This document shows positions 1-13,500 of a stretch of DNA of 64,000 bases, one piece after another. Within the stretch, counting starts at the first letter, position 1; every line of letters starts with the position of its first letter. Source of the DNA: Utricularia gibba (Eukaryota; Plantae; Magnoliophyta); assembly GCA_002189035.1 (NCBI GenBank), contig NEEC01000024.1, positions 310,001-374,000 of the forward strand. The letters are read 5' to 3'. Made by a program: the position numbers and the translations under genes. Below the pieces are notes generated by a model. It made no database searches and was not told the DNA's origin. It saw only the letters and a list, made by a program, of their open reading frames with translations.

Positions 1-504
1 TTCTTGATGGTTTCTCTATGCCCAAGTATTAAATTGGAGGGTGTCATCTACACAAACACTTTGGAACCTTTTTTATAAGAGCATTTCTTTTTGGATACTT
101 TCTTCTTGGCTCTTCCTTTGGGGAACTTTTTTTTCAAGCACTTCCTATCTTGGTCTTCGTCTATGCAGGTGGTCTTCCTTGGGTGCTTCCTACTTAGGAT
201 TTTTGTGTACTTTTTACCTAATTTTTGCTATGCTTATCCTTGTTCCAAGAATTGTTTCTCCGAGTCTCTGCATCTTCAAGCTTACTATGATGCTATTCTG
301 CTTGGGCAATTTCCTATTATGACTTTTCTTTCTAGACACTTTGTCCAAACATATTTCTCTCAAGGGTATTTTTCTGAATTGGAGCTTTCTAGCATCGCTC
401 ATAAACTATTTTCCCAGAATTTTTGTTTGTGTTGCAACATCCAGTATATCAATAATGGTGAAGGTGCCCCAAATAATAGAGACATGCATAATATAGTCAA
501 TAAT

Positions 505-1073
505 GGGTCTGTTTGGAATTGATTCTATTTTTAAAAAGTAATTTAAAAAAAGTAAATTGCTATCAAACAGTATAAGCTTTTGCTTCAAATGAAGGAAAAA
601 TCTGGAAGAGTTTCAAAAAAAATTGAACCTTCCATAACCCAGCTTTTTTTATATTTGGAGAGCTTCTTTTTATAAAATTACCATATCATTCTTTTTATTA
701 TATTTTATTTTCCAGTATATTCTTTTTTTATTCTTTTTTATATTGAGATTTTTCCTAATATCCTCCGATCATATTAGGATTAGGGTTCTTAATAATTCTT
801 CAACATAACTCTCGTTTTCCCTCATTCTCACCTCTTTCTAATTCCAACATTTTTGTCTAAATTTCCTGATTTTGTGGAAATGATAAACTTATAAGAAGGG
901 TAAAATCATAATTAAAATAAAAAAGTTAATTTTATGGAGTTAATTTTATCAAACAGGTTTTAACTTCTTTAGAATTGAAGTATATTTTGAAAACACTATT
1001 TGCTCCCAAAAAAAATACTTCTTAAAAAGTACTTTTTGAAATTAATTAAAATGAATCACTTCCAAACAGACCT
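505..1073. mobile_element. Tourist-like (PIF/Harbinger) MITE, ~570 bp
   Basis: Terminal inverted repeats GGGTCTGTTTGGAA (505) and TTCCAAACAGACC (1060-1072); TAAT/AAT on both flanks; AT-rich non-coding interior. Confidence 0.75.
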
Positions 1074-1538
1074 AATATAAGCTTTTGATGTTGATAATTT
1101 ATCAAAAGGTATCGAGACTTTCATAGGGTTTTAGGATTTGTGATTGTTTTCATTGTGATTTATATGACATCAAGTGACTTTGAGGAATTTTGGAAAAGCG
1201 AAAAAGAAGACAAAGATTGATGATCCAAAAAAAAAGAAAAAATTGGGGTCTGGGGATGTTCTCACACCAAAATAAAAATCTTAATCCTTCTCCATTAAGT
1301 GATACCATGCAACGCACATAGAAGATGAATTTAGAAAATCATATATGCTTATTTTATTCTTCAAATGAAACACATTTTTTGTTAAATCCAAGATAATTAA
1401 GCCTTTTATATGGATATCATACAAGTTTTCTGCTATGTAACTTGTAAAAGCCAGTTGCTACTCGCAATTTTACAAGAGTGTGGGGAGGAGGGCAGATTAA
1501 CGACAACCTCTCTTCTAAACCACACCCACCTCAATCAA

Positions 1539-4396
1539 TCACACCACAGGACACACGCGGGAAAAAGAGCTCCTCCGCTCTCGCAGATCATTCTCCAGGG
1601 AAATGCTGGGACAGACGCTGCTCACGGAGAGCGAGTCTTCGTCCACACCTAGCAGCGCAAGGTTTAAATGGGATTGAAGATTACTAGGCGGCGATGCATC
1701 CTCTTGGAATGCCTCCGCCTCTGTGATAGCTTGATGCCTAGTCCAATTTGTCATCTCTTTGTCGCCTCGAAGAACTTTAAGAACCTACGGAGTTCAAACA
1801 TTTTTTGGGATTAAAAGCATGACAGAGAGGCCAAAACCTTGTTTCAGCTAGAATTGTATGTAATTGCAAATTACGAGACTCATTTTGGGTCGTGCTTGTT
1901 GTGAATGCCGCACACAAAGTGACGCAGCAAGAGCCATCCTTTCGACTTGTTGACGGTCGTAATTGTTACCCATTTTTGGGTCAAGGAGCGTGGGGAACTT
2001 GTCCGAATTCAACAGCGGCTTGGCCTGGGAATGGACGATAATTTGTTAGTTTCTATGTGATAAACCAACTATTGGCTGGAAGTAGACGTAATAAACGATA
2101 GGCGTACCCAGAGAACAAGGCTCTCTTCACCCTTAGGACAATCTCTTCTGATAGGCTTCCTCCCAGATAGCAGCTCCAGAAGAACTACCCCGTAGGCATA
2201 TACATCTATCTTCTCGGTGACTTTCCCGTACATGAAATACTCAGGAGCTAAGTACCTGAGGTAATTGAAAAAAGGTCATGAGCACCATTGGTTCCAATAC
2301 TCAGCAAATATATATATATATACTGACCCAAAAGTCCCTGCCACATATGTAGAAGGTATGCTAGTCGAAGTAGAGCAAGTCCACTGAGCAAGTCCAAAGT
2401 CAGAAAGCTGAAAGACATTAGCATAAAACTTGATATTAGACGCAGAAAGATCAGAAGGCTCTGTTGATTATGGAAAACACAGGAGCACCAGGGGCTCAAA
2501 ATCATTGGAGAGGAGTATATTGGAGGATTTAACATCCCGGTGGATCACAGGATCGACTTCTCTGTTATGAAGATAATCCAACGCCCCAGCCACACCAATG
2601 GCGACATGATATCTCATATCCCAACCGAAGGCCATGGTATCCTTCTTGTAACCTGAGTCATTGTTTCTTTGTAGTCATCATTCTGATGATAACACAAACT
2701 AGCTGCATCATTTCACTGCTTACCATGTAGAGTGTCTTCAAGGCTGCCTCTTGATAGAAAATCATAAACCAGAAGAAGCTGTTTTTCTTCAAAACAAAAT
2801 CCAAGGAGGGATGTTATGTTTTTATGGTGTAAACTGCTGACGATCTCAATTTCATGGACGAACTCTTTTAAGGCATCTTCTGATGGCTTCAAGATTTTGA
2901 CCGCAAGCTCCTCGCAATCAGGAAGGCAGCCTCTGTAAACCTGACTACAGCCTCCTTTGCCTATCATATTCCCTGGGATTTCGAACGTTTCAAAAAAACT
3001 TCTAAAATATACGTAAATAGAAGATGTTGGAATCCTTCAACATATTAGTACCTGGAGCAAAGTTACACGTGGCTGATGCAAGTTCGTGGAGGTTAAAGAG
3101 TCTGCAAGTGGCAGAGTATTTCTCGTGAAGGTCCTCCAATTCCTTTGGCATGGATTTTGAACATCTACCAGGAGATAGTAGTACAGGAATAGAAAAATCT
3201 CCTATGGGAACGATAGCACCACTCTCAGGATTCAAATTGCTTCCAGTTTTCCTGTATGGTGAATTTGAGACAGGCAAGCAGTTTCTGTCCGGGAGCCTCA
3301 GTACCCATTGGATTACAGAAATCTCCCTTATCTTGCAATTGTTTAAGCATCTATTATTCAGTACAGATGTTTGATGGAGAAAAGGCCACCCAGGTTTTGT
3401 TTCAGGCATATTCATGAACATTAGATTGGATGAAATGGATTCACTTGTGTTATCATTGTCCATTCCCGGATCATGTGCCAAAGATATCTTATTTATTGTA
3501 GAATCAGATGAAGAAACGCAATCCAGAGCATTGGCGAAAAGGTCATGAGAGGTTGAAGATCTGACCTCGGAAGCCACCATCCGCTTCGGTGAGTCACCAA
3601 CTTTCAATTTAAAGCTCTTGATGAATGATTTTTGGAGAGCACCCAGTAAGCTGTTGCAGCTTGGGTATTCACTCTCTGTTCAAAAGCAAATGAAGAAAAC
3701 TTTGACTTATGAATCTGAGCACTCATGTTCCAATTAAGCAGTAGTAGTATGTACCTTCCATGTCCAGAGGAAATTTTGACTTGAATTTGGATCCCCTGTG
3801 AAACAAGATCTTCCCATCGTTGAAGCTGATCACCGAGCATTCCTCAGGCAACTTCTTCGCACAGTATTTCGCAACCGAAACAGATGAGCAGATTGCATGA
3901 CGGATTTTAGAAGCACCAACAAGAAGCTCTGTAGCCCCTTGAGCTTTGGCCTCATGAACAATGATTCGTCGGACGGATGAGCCCCGGCAGATCTTGAGCT
4001 TGAGATCTACCTGTATCAAAAATAACAACATGCCTTCATGGAGAAAACTGAAAATTTGTGTAAGAGGAATCGAAATTACCTGTCTGAGATTGCAGAAGCC
4101 TTCATAAACAGCAAGAATAGAATCAAAAGCTTTTACTAAAGAGAGAAAGGATGATTTGCCTTGACGATCCACGATCTCTGTAAAACCAATTTGATGGTCG
4201 AAAAAAGATGTTTGTTGATTTGAAATTCAGATCCCATACCGTTGGTGTCAAGAACATGAAGAGCAACCACACGATCACCGGCGTGGGCAACTTTCATAAG
4301 AGCCCATGTGAGCATCTTTCGTCCGTGGGAATCCAGCTTCACAGCCACAACCACCGCCCTTCTCCCGGAGTAGGCTTGCGCTGCCGCGACCACCAT
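1539..4396 (-). CDS. Cytoplasmic receptor-like Ser/Thr kinase with N-terminal USP/adenine-nucleotide-alpha-hydrolase-like domain (At1g21590/At1g77280 type), 723 aa
   Basis: Ten GT-AG exons with compatible phases: 4396-4240, 4177-4080, 4010-3755, 3675-3052, 2972-2724, 2652-2489, 2407-2328, 2255-2108, 2024-1875, 1784-1539 (2172 bp, no internal stop). Motifs: VVVAVKLD...LTWAL...DRVVALHV (USP-like), [47 protein letters not shown]-terminal [12 protein letters not shown]. Confidence 0.93.
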
Positions 4397-5399
4397 CGAA
4401 GCAGCTATTGACCGGGTATTGGAGGGAATCTTTGGCCGGGGTTTCCTATCTTTGGAATGGAGATTTGAGATCAACGAAAAAAAAAAGGTTAAGGCAAAAA
4501 ATGAGTAATTTAAGGCACCTTGGCACGGGCACTGGCAGTGGGCATGTTGCGGGAGTAGAAAATAGGTGAAATAGCTTAAGTTTTTAAATTGATTTATTTT
4601 AATTTATATAATTAAATAAATATAAGAATTTGATTGATAATCCTACATATATTATTCATTATTGTGCCAATTGATTTCGAATACAAAAAATTGTTAAAAA
4701 AACTATATATTTAAGATAAATTATCAATCAAAATGAATATTTAAATTAATTACTAATAAAATTGTAAATAAGTAAATATTTAAAGTCAATTATTATTAAA
4801 AATGTAAATAAAGGTAAATTACCAATAAAAAAATTTAAAAAATAAATAAATAATATTTATATTAAAGAGAGAAAGATAAATTAATAACAAAATTAATCTG
4901 ACAAGAGTATTTTACCAAATGACGTGTTACTATAGTTACCTAAAAAAATAAATACAAGTAAATAATTTGATTGAACTATGACATGGGCTGTGAGCAAACA
5001 TAACTTGGTGGGTTGGGTCACTAAAAGAAGATTATATCGGGTCTCATTTCGGGGGCCCGGCTTTATTTCAACTTTGATTATTAGAAAATGTGAGGTCGGT
5101 TAATTAAGGGTTGGGCTCTTTCCGTCAATGTTTAAAAGAGTCAACTATCAAGTAGGGACGCGGTGAATTTTGTTTTCCGTATATGGTTTTCCTTTGTGTG
5201 GGCACGAAAAAGTGGCCAGCTTCATTTTTGTCATCTACAAGATAAAACCTTGACTTGGTTTGGATTGTGGTGGTTAAGAATTAAATGCAATCCGTGGTCC
5301 AATTGTGATTATAATGAAATCATGATTATGAGCAATGTGTACATAAGGAGTACCCACAAGGACATTATTACATAAACACGGCTCGTGCAAGAAGTGCTT

Positions 5400-5885
5400 G
5401 AGAAAATTTCTCCAGGTGTGATGCACATAATGTTCGACTAAATAGAGCTTGGAAAGCCAACTACTTCCAAGGTAAAGTAATGGTTACATGAAAGGAAAAT
5501 ATTGTCTGCAACCCATGGTCACAACTTCTAGCGAAGATAGAACCCGACGAGTAGGACATCATGGAGACTACTGACGTTGAATGCCCAATGAGGCTCTGTT
5601 ACGATCAATAGATGTTTAAGATCACACAGGAGATAGCCAACCAATTACTTGAGGGATTTAAGAGATCCAAGGTGAGGAGATGGTTCCATAGCTTCACAAG
5701 GTACTTTTTCTTATGCTCAGCCTTGTCGAAACGCAATTCTACTCTTGTCCATGTCCTTGCACCACTTATTGGTAGTAAATCATTTTCTCCAAAATGAAGG
5801 AATATGTCATCATGGCAAAGATATAGACAGAAAAGAAGAAAAGAAGGACTGACTTTTTAACGAAGAAGGCCACCTAAGAAAGGAA
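5400..5885 (+). pseudogene. Heavily deleted MuDR/Mutator transposase relic
   Basis: Scattered motif remnants in order: NRAWKA, a possible 'IDGCFLK/DANNQ' relic, SWIM-like PCRNAI and a basic RQKRRKE tail. Frames are broken and the match is weak. Confidence 0.4.
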
Positions 5886-5892
5886 AAAGTAA

Positions 5893-6545
5893 GAGACTGT
5901 TTGGAACCGCTTCTAAAATTAACTTCAAAAAAAGTGATTCTGTAGAAGTGCTTTTTTTGAAGCAATTTCTGTTTGGTCCATCAACTCCAAACAGATAGAA
6001 ACAAAATGTGTTTGGTGTAATTTGCTTCATATGAAGTTTTTTTTGTATTGATATTACTAATATACCCTCAATGAATTTTTTTTCAATTACTCTCTTAAAT
6101 TCATACCTACCCTTACTACTACATACACTTGTTTTTCATCTTCTTGATTTCTTTTGTTCACGAACGACAATACACATCCATGGCTTTTGAGATGGAGTAT
6201 TCATTGTCTCCTTTGAAGTCATACACGGATGATGATCAATCTTCAAGAAGAAATAAAGAAGTTTCAAAAATGGTGGTTAGTGTTGTATCTTTGATTGGTA
6301 GTTATTATGCTAATCGGGTGCATAAATTTCCATGTAAGAATAGGAAGTTTACGGGTGCAAAATTGTTGAAGGAGATGTTAGAAGGCAATCCAATTAGGTG
6401 TTATGATAAGTTAAGGATGAGAACTCATGTTTTTTTATCAACTTTGTGAATTATTGAGTGAGTCTTATGGGTTGAAACCTATTGGGGGTGTCTCCATTCG
6501 GGAACAACTTGTTCACTTTCTTCAATATGTTGGCCAAGGTCACAA
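5893..6545 (+). mobile_element. 5' end of a PIF/Harbinger element with truncated, frameshifted transposase
   Basis: TAA followed by TIR GAGACTGTTTGGAA at 5893. ORFs 6129-6449 and 6427-6645 join (1-bp slip in a T-run) to give RCYDKLRMRTHVFYQLCELLSESYGLKPIGGVSIREQLVHFLQYVGQG, typical of the PIF transposase N-terminus. The coding sequence breaks off at ~6545. Confidence 0.8.
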
Positions 6546-6607
6546 TCTAATATATCCAAACGTTTCGGTACAAACCGTGGTTCCGGTTCGAACCGAACCC
6601 ACCTCTA
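6546..6607 (+). mobile_element. Orphan 3' terminus of a hAT element
   Basis: CGGTTC/AACCG subterminal motifs ending in AACCCACCTCTA, identical to the 12-bp hAT right end at 61911-61922. Confidence 0.65.
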
Positions 6608-6612
6608 CCCAT

Positions 6613-6760
6613 GTGTATCCTGTATTAATGCTACCTATGAAATAAGTAATTTTGTAGAAATCTAATACACGAACATAGGTTATGCATAAACCACGCTTGT
6701 GTGTATCTCACATTAATGATACCTACGAAATAAGTAATATGGTAGGAGTCCAACACATTT
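6613..6760. repeat. Degenerate ~88-bp tandem duplication
   Basis: TGTGTATC...ATTAATGcTACCTAtGAAATAAGTAAT at 6613 and TGTGTATC...ATTAATGaTACCTAcGAAATAAGTAAT at 6701. Confidence 0.6.
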
Positions 6761-7049
6761 GTGTATTATATACACAAATATAATGTACCTTTAAGTAGTC
6801 ACTACAGTGAAGCTGTTGTATCTTTTGTTTCAAGATTCTATTTTTTATAATACAAATGCTTGTTTTTTTATGTTTCTGCAATGTTTCATCGTAAGTGATA
6901 TTATATACTTGTAGGATAACAAAGCTGCACGTTATTACAAGAATGCAATACCAATTTTGCTAGAAGAGCAAGAGGTAATGTTTAGCGATATCTAGCGATA
7001 AATTAGTTATTACCAATATGTTTTTTTCTACAAAGAAGAAGAGAATAAC

Positions 7050-10000
7050 CAAAAAACATGAGTTTGTCATTTCCCCCTTTTAAAAGTTAAGAATTCGTAA
7101 ATTAATCTCTCTTCTACCTCCAATCCTTGAAACATACTTGGCATGCAAGAATGTTGTTCACCATTGTACTTTAGTTCTAATCCCATAAGCAAACTGTACA
7201 TAATTATGGGTCACAAACAGTCTCGACACAATTTACCCATTGTATCTCCTATTTAGCAATTTCAGCTTGAATGCCTCCTATCTTAACATTTAGTCCATTT
7301 CCCGGTTCTACATGGAGAACTCAGTCTCTAACTGTAAAAGCATCTAGAACAAGGAAATAAAGCAAAAACACAAATATTTGCATTTTCTAATAAATATATT
7401 TAATTATTTAAATTAAACACCTAATTAGAAGACACCAATCATATAAACACATGCATTAAAACATAGAAAAGTTAAATTAACATATTCTCACTTAAATCAT
7501 GTTGTAAACTATAAAAATAACAACAGTCATGAATCAACTACAACTAAGTCATGAGACACCAGTAAGGGTGCTATATTCTATCCTAGCACACTTATGTCAC
7601 TCTGTTTCTTTCTCTAGTCCATCAATTAATTCAAGATGAGCCTCTCGAAATGAACTTGAAAGGGCAGCATCCCTTAGAAGTTCAATAAGACATGCATCCA
7701 AAATAGAGAATTGCACTAATCATCCCCTAGAAGTTCACTCTGCCTAGGTTCAAATTGAACACGAAAGAGTTGCATCTATAATCACTTATTTAGTAGGGCC
7801 CTCGCTTTAGGAAAGACTCACTTGGATTACAAAACCTCATGGGTGGCTTGTTGATAAAGAGTGTATTGACACAAATTCGAGAGGAAATTCTAAACTCGTG
7901 GCACCCTAATTCTTTTTTTTAAAAAAAAAAAAAGCAACCTGAATTTTAGAAAGCAATCTAGGCACATAAACATCTAGTAGATCATAGAGCTATCCCTTAT
8001 CTATGCATGCATGACGTAGGAATTTAACATTACAACTAGAGAAAAAATTCGATTGTTTTCCTAGGAAATAAGCCAGGTTCAAGCGCCTAAGGTGAACATG
8101 CATAACCTAAGTAGAATATAAAATGTAGAAAAAATATACAAGACATAGTTTCAACTAGGGCATAGAAGAAAAACAATAAACACCTCCCTCATAAGTGATT
8201 CTAAGGATGTTCTCATCATCAGAATGGGAGAGAGTTCCTTAGTCATGGGACAATTGAGAGGGATTAAATACGATGGAAAGAGTTTCAATTTTGAATAAGA
8301 TAAAAGGACTTTTTGTCAGGACCCATGCCTAGGGCCCAAGAGGCATGAGGCATGATTGCCAAGTCCCATCAAATGTTAGAACTCAAGGCAACTTAACCCC
8401 TTTGTAGCTTGGAGAAATAACATTAAGATGGATACATATATATTAACTCACAACCGTTCAAACATGCAAAAGGAACTATGTCCAGGCTATTAAACATAAT
8501 CCTCACAACGTAGTTAAGGTTCCAAAAGCTATTCTTGACCTGCCGCAACTTCTACAACTAAACCCCTACTTTGGTTGATCACCAGACCTTCAGCCATTCC
8601 CTTCTACACCTGGAACAAGTTAAAACATAGAGTGGTCATGCTACTGAGGTTTGGTAAAAGATAAACATGTATGAAGTGAAGAAAGAGTGTTTAAGCATAA
8701 AATCTCAAAGTCAAGGACATATCCAAGTAGTGAGTCCCATTGTCTATCTTTGCCCAATCCTCTTGACCCTTCAGCTTAGGCATCACCTCCAGATCTTAGG
8801 AAATGGGTCATGTATTGCCTAAGTCCTTTAGTAGTGTTCAAAAGAGCCACCAACCGAACACCACCATTAAACTCAGACCATAGCATGCTTATAACGTGTT
8901 CCCTGGCCTTTCTTGACTGGCTTACCCCATAGGGATGCTTCAGACATGTTTGACATATTTAGCCATGAATCCCATGGTTAAAACCATGTTTCTAGGAGTG
9001 TGGGTCCACACTCCTCTCCATTTCCTAACATATATTCACATAGCACATAGAGAAGGAACATTGAGCACTTCATACACTTCGAAAAGGAACACCTGTTTGG
9101 AAACCGACCAACAAGGGCACCTAATCCTTGGAAGAAAACAATTTAGGTTTTGAAAGGAGAATTTTAGGGACTCTAAATAGATTTGAGACACCAAGACTAG
9201 AAGGACGTGCCCTACTGGACTCTTCACACAATGAAGAACTGGGAGGAAAAAAAACAAGTTAATGAAAACAAGGAAGAACTCTTTCCAAAACAACATATAA
9301 TAACACATAGGCAATCAATCACATATGTTCCAGAGAAGCATCAAAACATGCTTCCCAAATGCAGTAGCACTCATCCCACTTACCTTATCCCCTACAGAAG
9401 TAATCACTTCCTACAACTAGAATCAAGAGTTTCCCCTTCTCACTAGCTGTATTTCCTACCCTCCTCTTTCTCTTCAACTATGATTCTCCAGGCTTTTTCC
9501 AAAATGACTCCATCCATCTGAACCTAAGAGACACCATGAGTCAGCATCCCCCTTATCTTGAGGTTGCCATGTGGTCCTTCCTTTAGATAGCACCTACTTC
9601 ATCTCCATTGGTTGATAAAAACAACCTCAATACCGGTGTGGGCACCATCCTTTATTGATTTCATACATAACTATGATCATTATAGAGGCATTATACTAAA
9701 CTCCAGCAATGGATATTGCAGACCATAACACTTTTTGACCTTCCATAAAGTGCTTTGCATGCAACCTATTATAATGAAAACATCTTACCTTCTTCTTATA
9801 GTGGATGTGATTGGGATAGGCATTGAGAGAAATTTCTTATAATTCATTGAAATCCAATAGTCGCTTTTCTCTAACTACATCAATAGTCATATTGCATTCT
9901 TTAACAACCCAATATGCCTTGTGATGACTTCTATAGAGAGATAGCATGGTTTGTGATGCCTTGTGATGACTAAACCCCAATATTGCATCCTTATTGGGTT

Positions 10001-10590
10001 TTTATGGGTTGTGTATCATGCTCACAAGGCATCAAGCAACTAAAATCTCTAATAGCGCCTATCAGGATTCATGGTCCACTCCAAAATTTTATTGATCTCT
10101 CTATTTGAAACTTCCCCCTTTCCATTTATTTCAAGATGTCAACCTGTGTGGAGTCCATGATAGACTCCATATTTTGCTGAGGTAGCCTTGATAAAATGAT
10201 TCACAAAATGGGTGCCTTGATCTGAAATAAGTATTTGGGATAACCAAACTTTAGGGATATATTGGAAGTTGAGAAATAAATCAAAGTCATGGTGTTTTTA
10301 TTCTCACATGCCATGGCTTCGATCAACTTGGCGACATAGTCCAAAATGAGGAGAATGAGGAATTTCCCTTTTGAAGGAGGAAATAGTCCCATGAAATCGT
10401 TTTGTCACGCGTGAAAAATGTTACGCATCATCATTGATTGAAGAGGCATTTGATCCTTAGTTCCTATGCCTCCATCTCTTTGATGATTCAAACAAGCCTT
10501 GCATTGGAAGCATGCATCTCAAAAGATTGTGGGCTAATAAAACTAGCTTCCCTGCCATGGCTGACAATCACCCTTGCATCAAAATGCCAT
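7050..10590 (-). mobile_element. Degraded Athila-like Ty3/gypsy fragment: integrase, 3' non-coding region, PPT relic and partial 3' LTR
   Basis: Integrase remnant DFMGLFPPS...ILDYVAKLIEAMAC...KFGYP (10201-10392). LTR start TGTTAA (minus) at 7482 lies next to TATTCTCACTTAAATCATG, the same PPT-side motif as at 58966. Left boundary is approximate. Confidence 0.7.
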
Positions 10591-10594
10591 CTAG

Positions 10595-13500
10595 GTTTTT
10601 TCCAAATATAGTGGATGCTTTATTTTGTGTGAAAATTGGTAGTATTTGTGCTGTTTTTAGTGTTAGGATAAGGAATTAAATGAGTTAGAATAGATAAAAA
10701 TGTTAAAAATAGAATTAGCAAATTTACTTCATTTAAAAACTTGTTTTGGGCCTGTTTGGAGATGATTTACTAGGTGTTTTATAGTTGTTTTTTTTTAAGG
10801 CGTTTGCGTTCTTTTGTTGGTGAAACTCTTCTCCCCTTGACCTAGAGATTGAGAGGACCACAAGAGAGAAAAAAGAAGCATGCAAATAAGGAGTAGTACA
10901 AGGCATCCACAAAGGCCATAAAAGGAGCTACTACACACGAATCAATAATGGGTGCAAATGGAGTGGAAACAACTTTGTAGAAGTATGATTGCCCTGATTA
11001 TTCCTATCAAGGGATTTGCATAAATTTTCTAGAGGAAGCAACTACATTTGCGACAGATCAAGAATCATCAACCTTTTTCCAAAATTCTACAAAAATGGGA
11101 AAGAGGATGCACAATAGTGCTTGGATGGGTGTCTTTCAATCAGTGCTGTGGTCAAAGCGAATGAGGTATCAGAAGATAGCATGCTACTATGAGTTCTTCA
11201 GTTTACTCTTAAAGTAGGTGCGAAGGATTGGTTCAACAAATTGGAATCAAGAAGTATTGGGAGCTGGACAGAAATGAAGGAGTTCTTGAACAAGTATTTT
11301 CCATTCACAAAAGTAGAGGAGCTAAAGAGAAAAAATGCAGATATTTATCAATTCATGTGAGACCCACTACATTAGTATTGGGACAAGTTCAATAGATTGC
11401 TAGCGATTTGTGTCCACCATGGGTATGAAGAAGAATACCCTTGTGAAATTCATTTTGGGAGGATTGTCACCACGTATCAAAACACAGTTAGACGTTGTTG
11501 CTAGAGGGAGCATGAGCTCACCCCTACCAAGCATGGACAAAAATTAAAAAAAAGGTTGAACATTCTAGTCAGTTTTACTCTAGAAAAAACATGTACAATC
11601 ATGTGAATTCTGTTAGAAGAAGCTCAATGCCATTTGGAAAGATGAACCAAGGCTTTAAGAATGTGAATGAGATGGACAAGAAAATTAGTGAGCTACAAGA
11701 CATGATGAGAGAGTTATGCATGACACAATCTAAGATAGTCCCATGCAAGCTATGCTCTGTTCTAGAGCATACAATAGAAACATGTCTATTGAAGGAAGAC
11801 AATGTGAGAGTCTATCTTGGCATACATTAGAAACATGGGTGTTAAGTGTCATTTTCTAGTTAATTATTAGGTATTATTATGTGTTAATTATGTATGAAGT
11901 CGCCCAAATTAGGAGTCTTATTATTAAGTATTTGATTTTTACTAGAAAATTCCTATTTTCCCATTTTGTGTATATTTTATGTCTTTTTTTTCACACTTTA
12001 ACCGAGACATGTCAAGAGACTGTCATAGAGTGTTGCAGGAGTATTGCAGGTGGTCAGACTCTGAGTTTTCATGCCTTGTACGTGAGTTGGAATGATTGTG
12101 GGCGGAAGACTGACACTGGTCAAGGCCCATGTTTTGCGGCATGTCAAAGTCTGCACCAATGATTGGGCACAAACTTGCACGCAAAGAAAGGCTGCTGGCA
12201 CACACAAGACAGAAGGAATGATGGGAAGGGGACCCAAAGGAGTTAATGCACGTGGGAAGTCATATAAAAGCCACTTGGAGCACTTGGATTCGGACTTTTG
12301 AACAATTTCTTTTGTACTTAGAACTTTTGAGTTCTTCCTCCTCTCAAGGAGGAAGAACACTTAGTTTCTTTTAATTGCTGTTTCCATGGCCCTTTCGGGC
12401 TAAAAACCTTTAGTTTATGGGAAGTAGATGAAGTTTCCTTCCAAGTCTTGAGCAATACACTCGGTTCTTCACTGAATTCAATTCGGATTCTGCATACTTC
12501 CACGCGTCTTGTTACAGTCTTTTTGTAACGACTCTTAGTCAAGGTCCATGAGTAGCAAGCCACTTCTCGCGGATTTTTGTGAAGATCAAGGTGAAGAGCA
12601 CCAATTCCAACCCTGCTGGTTCGAGGGAAGTAGCAGATTTTTTGTGGCCTAGGTACCGCGACAGTGGACAAGTTGCGACCTCGGACCTACCACTGGCCAT
12701 TGGCAACAGCTGGGCACACGCGCACAATTTGGTTTTGAAGGCAATCGAAGACAATCCTCTTTTCTTCCTAAACGTTCAAGGGGGAATCACATGAGGCTAT
12801 TCCCGTGCCTCCTTGTCAATTTGAGTGTAAGGGAGAATAGGCTATTCCTTGCTCCTATAACCAGCTATTTGGAAGAAATCAATGAAAACCGAGGCAAGGA
12901 TGGACAAAGGAAGGAGATGGAGTCTTATTCCCAAGAATTGCGTCCCGTAGTCAAGGCCCATCACTTAGGTTGCATCTTTTATTTCTGCATCTTAAAAACC
13001 CCCTTTTACAAAGCCGTGACATTTTGTGAAAGTTTCTTGCAAACACTTTTCACGAAAAACAACTCCCTGAGATTGATACTCATACTACGCTTTCTAGTGT
13101 TTTACGTTTGAAAATATTTAAAATTTGTTGAGGAAATGACACGCAACAATGGGATATGCTGAAAATTAAGGAGGATGATGCCAATCTTGGCATTATGCCC
13201 CAAACATCTGAATCTCAGCTAGAGGAATGGGAATGTACTGAACCAGCACAACAAACTCATTCGTAGGGACATAATTGCAAAAATTTCCAGCAGAAGTAGT
13301 TGCAGCAATGAACATATCAACCGCCTCATCAATAGAATGATCAAGTGAAACCAAGCCCAGTCACTGAGGAGAAGATAGAGGTATAATCGAAAGAAAGTTG
13401 AAGCATAGAGAATTATTTCTACACTAACCTCAGCTATGGTGACAATGAAGGCATTCGACTATTTGAAACAGGTTCCAAGTGGACTCAAAATTCTAAGGAA

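Noticed and set aside
41-522. Overlapping ORFs 41-322, 91-522 and 214-402
   Set aside because: No recognisable domain in any frame; hydrophobic or Lys-rich composition reflects T/A-rich sequence.
6915-6976. 60-bp AG...GT-bounded segment encoding DNKAARYYKNAIPILLEEQE
   Set aside because: Could be a TE-gene exon but is too short to assign, and no neighbouring exons were identified.
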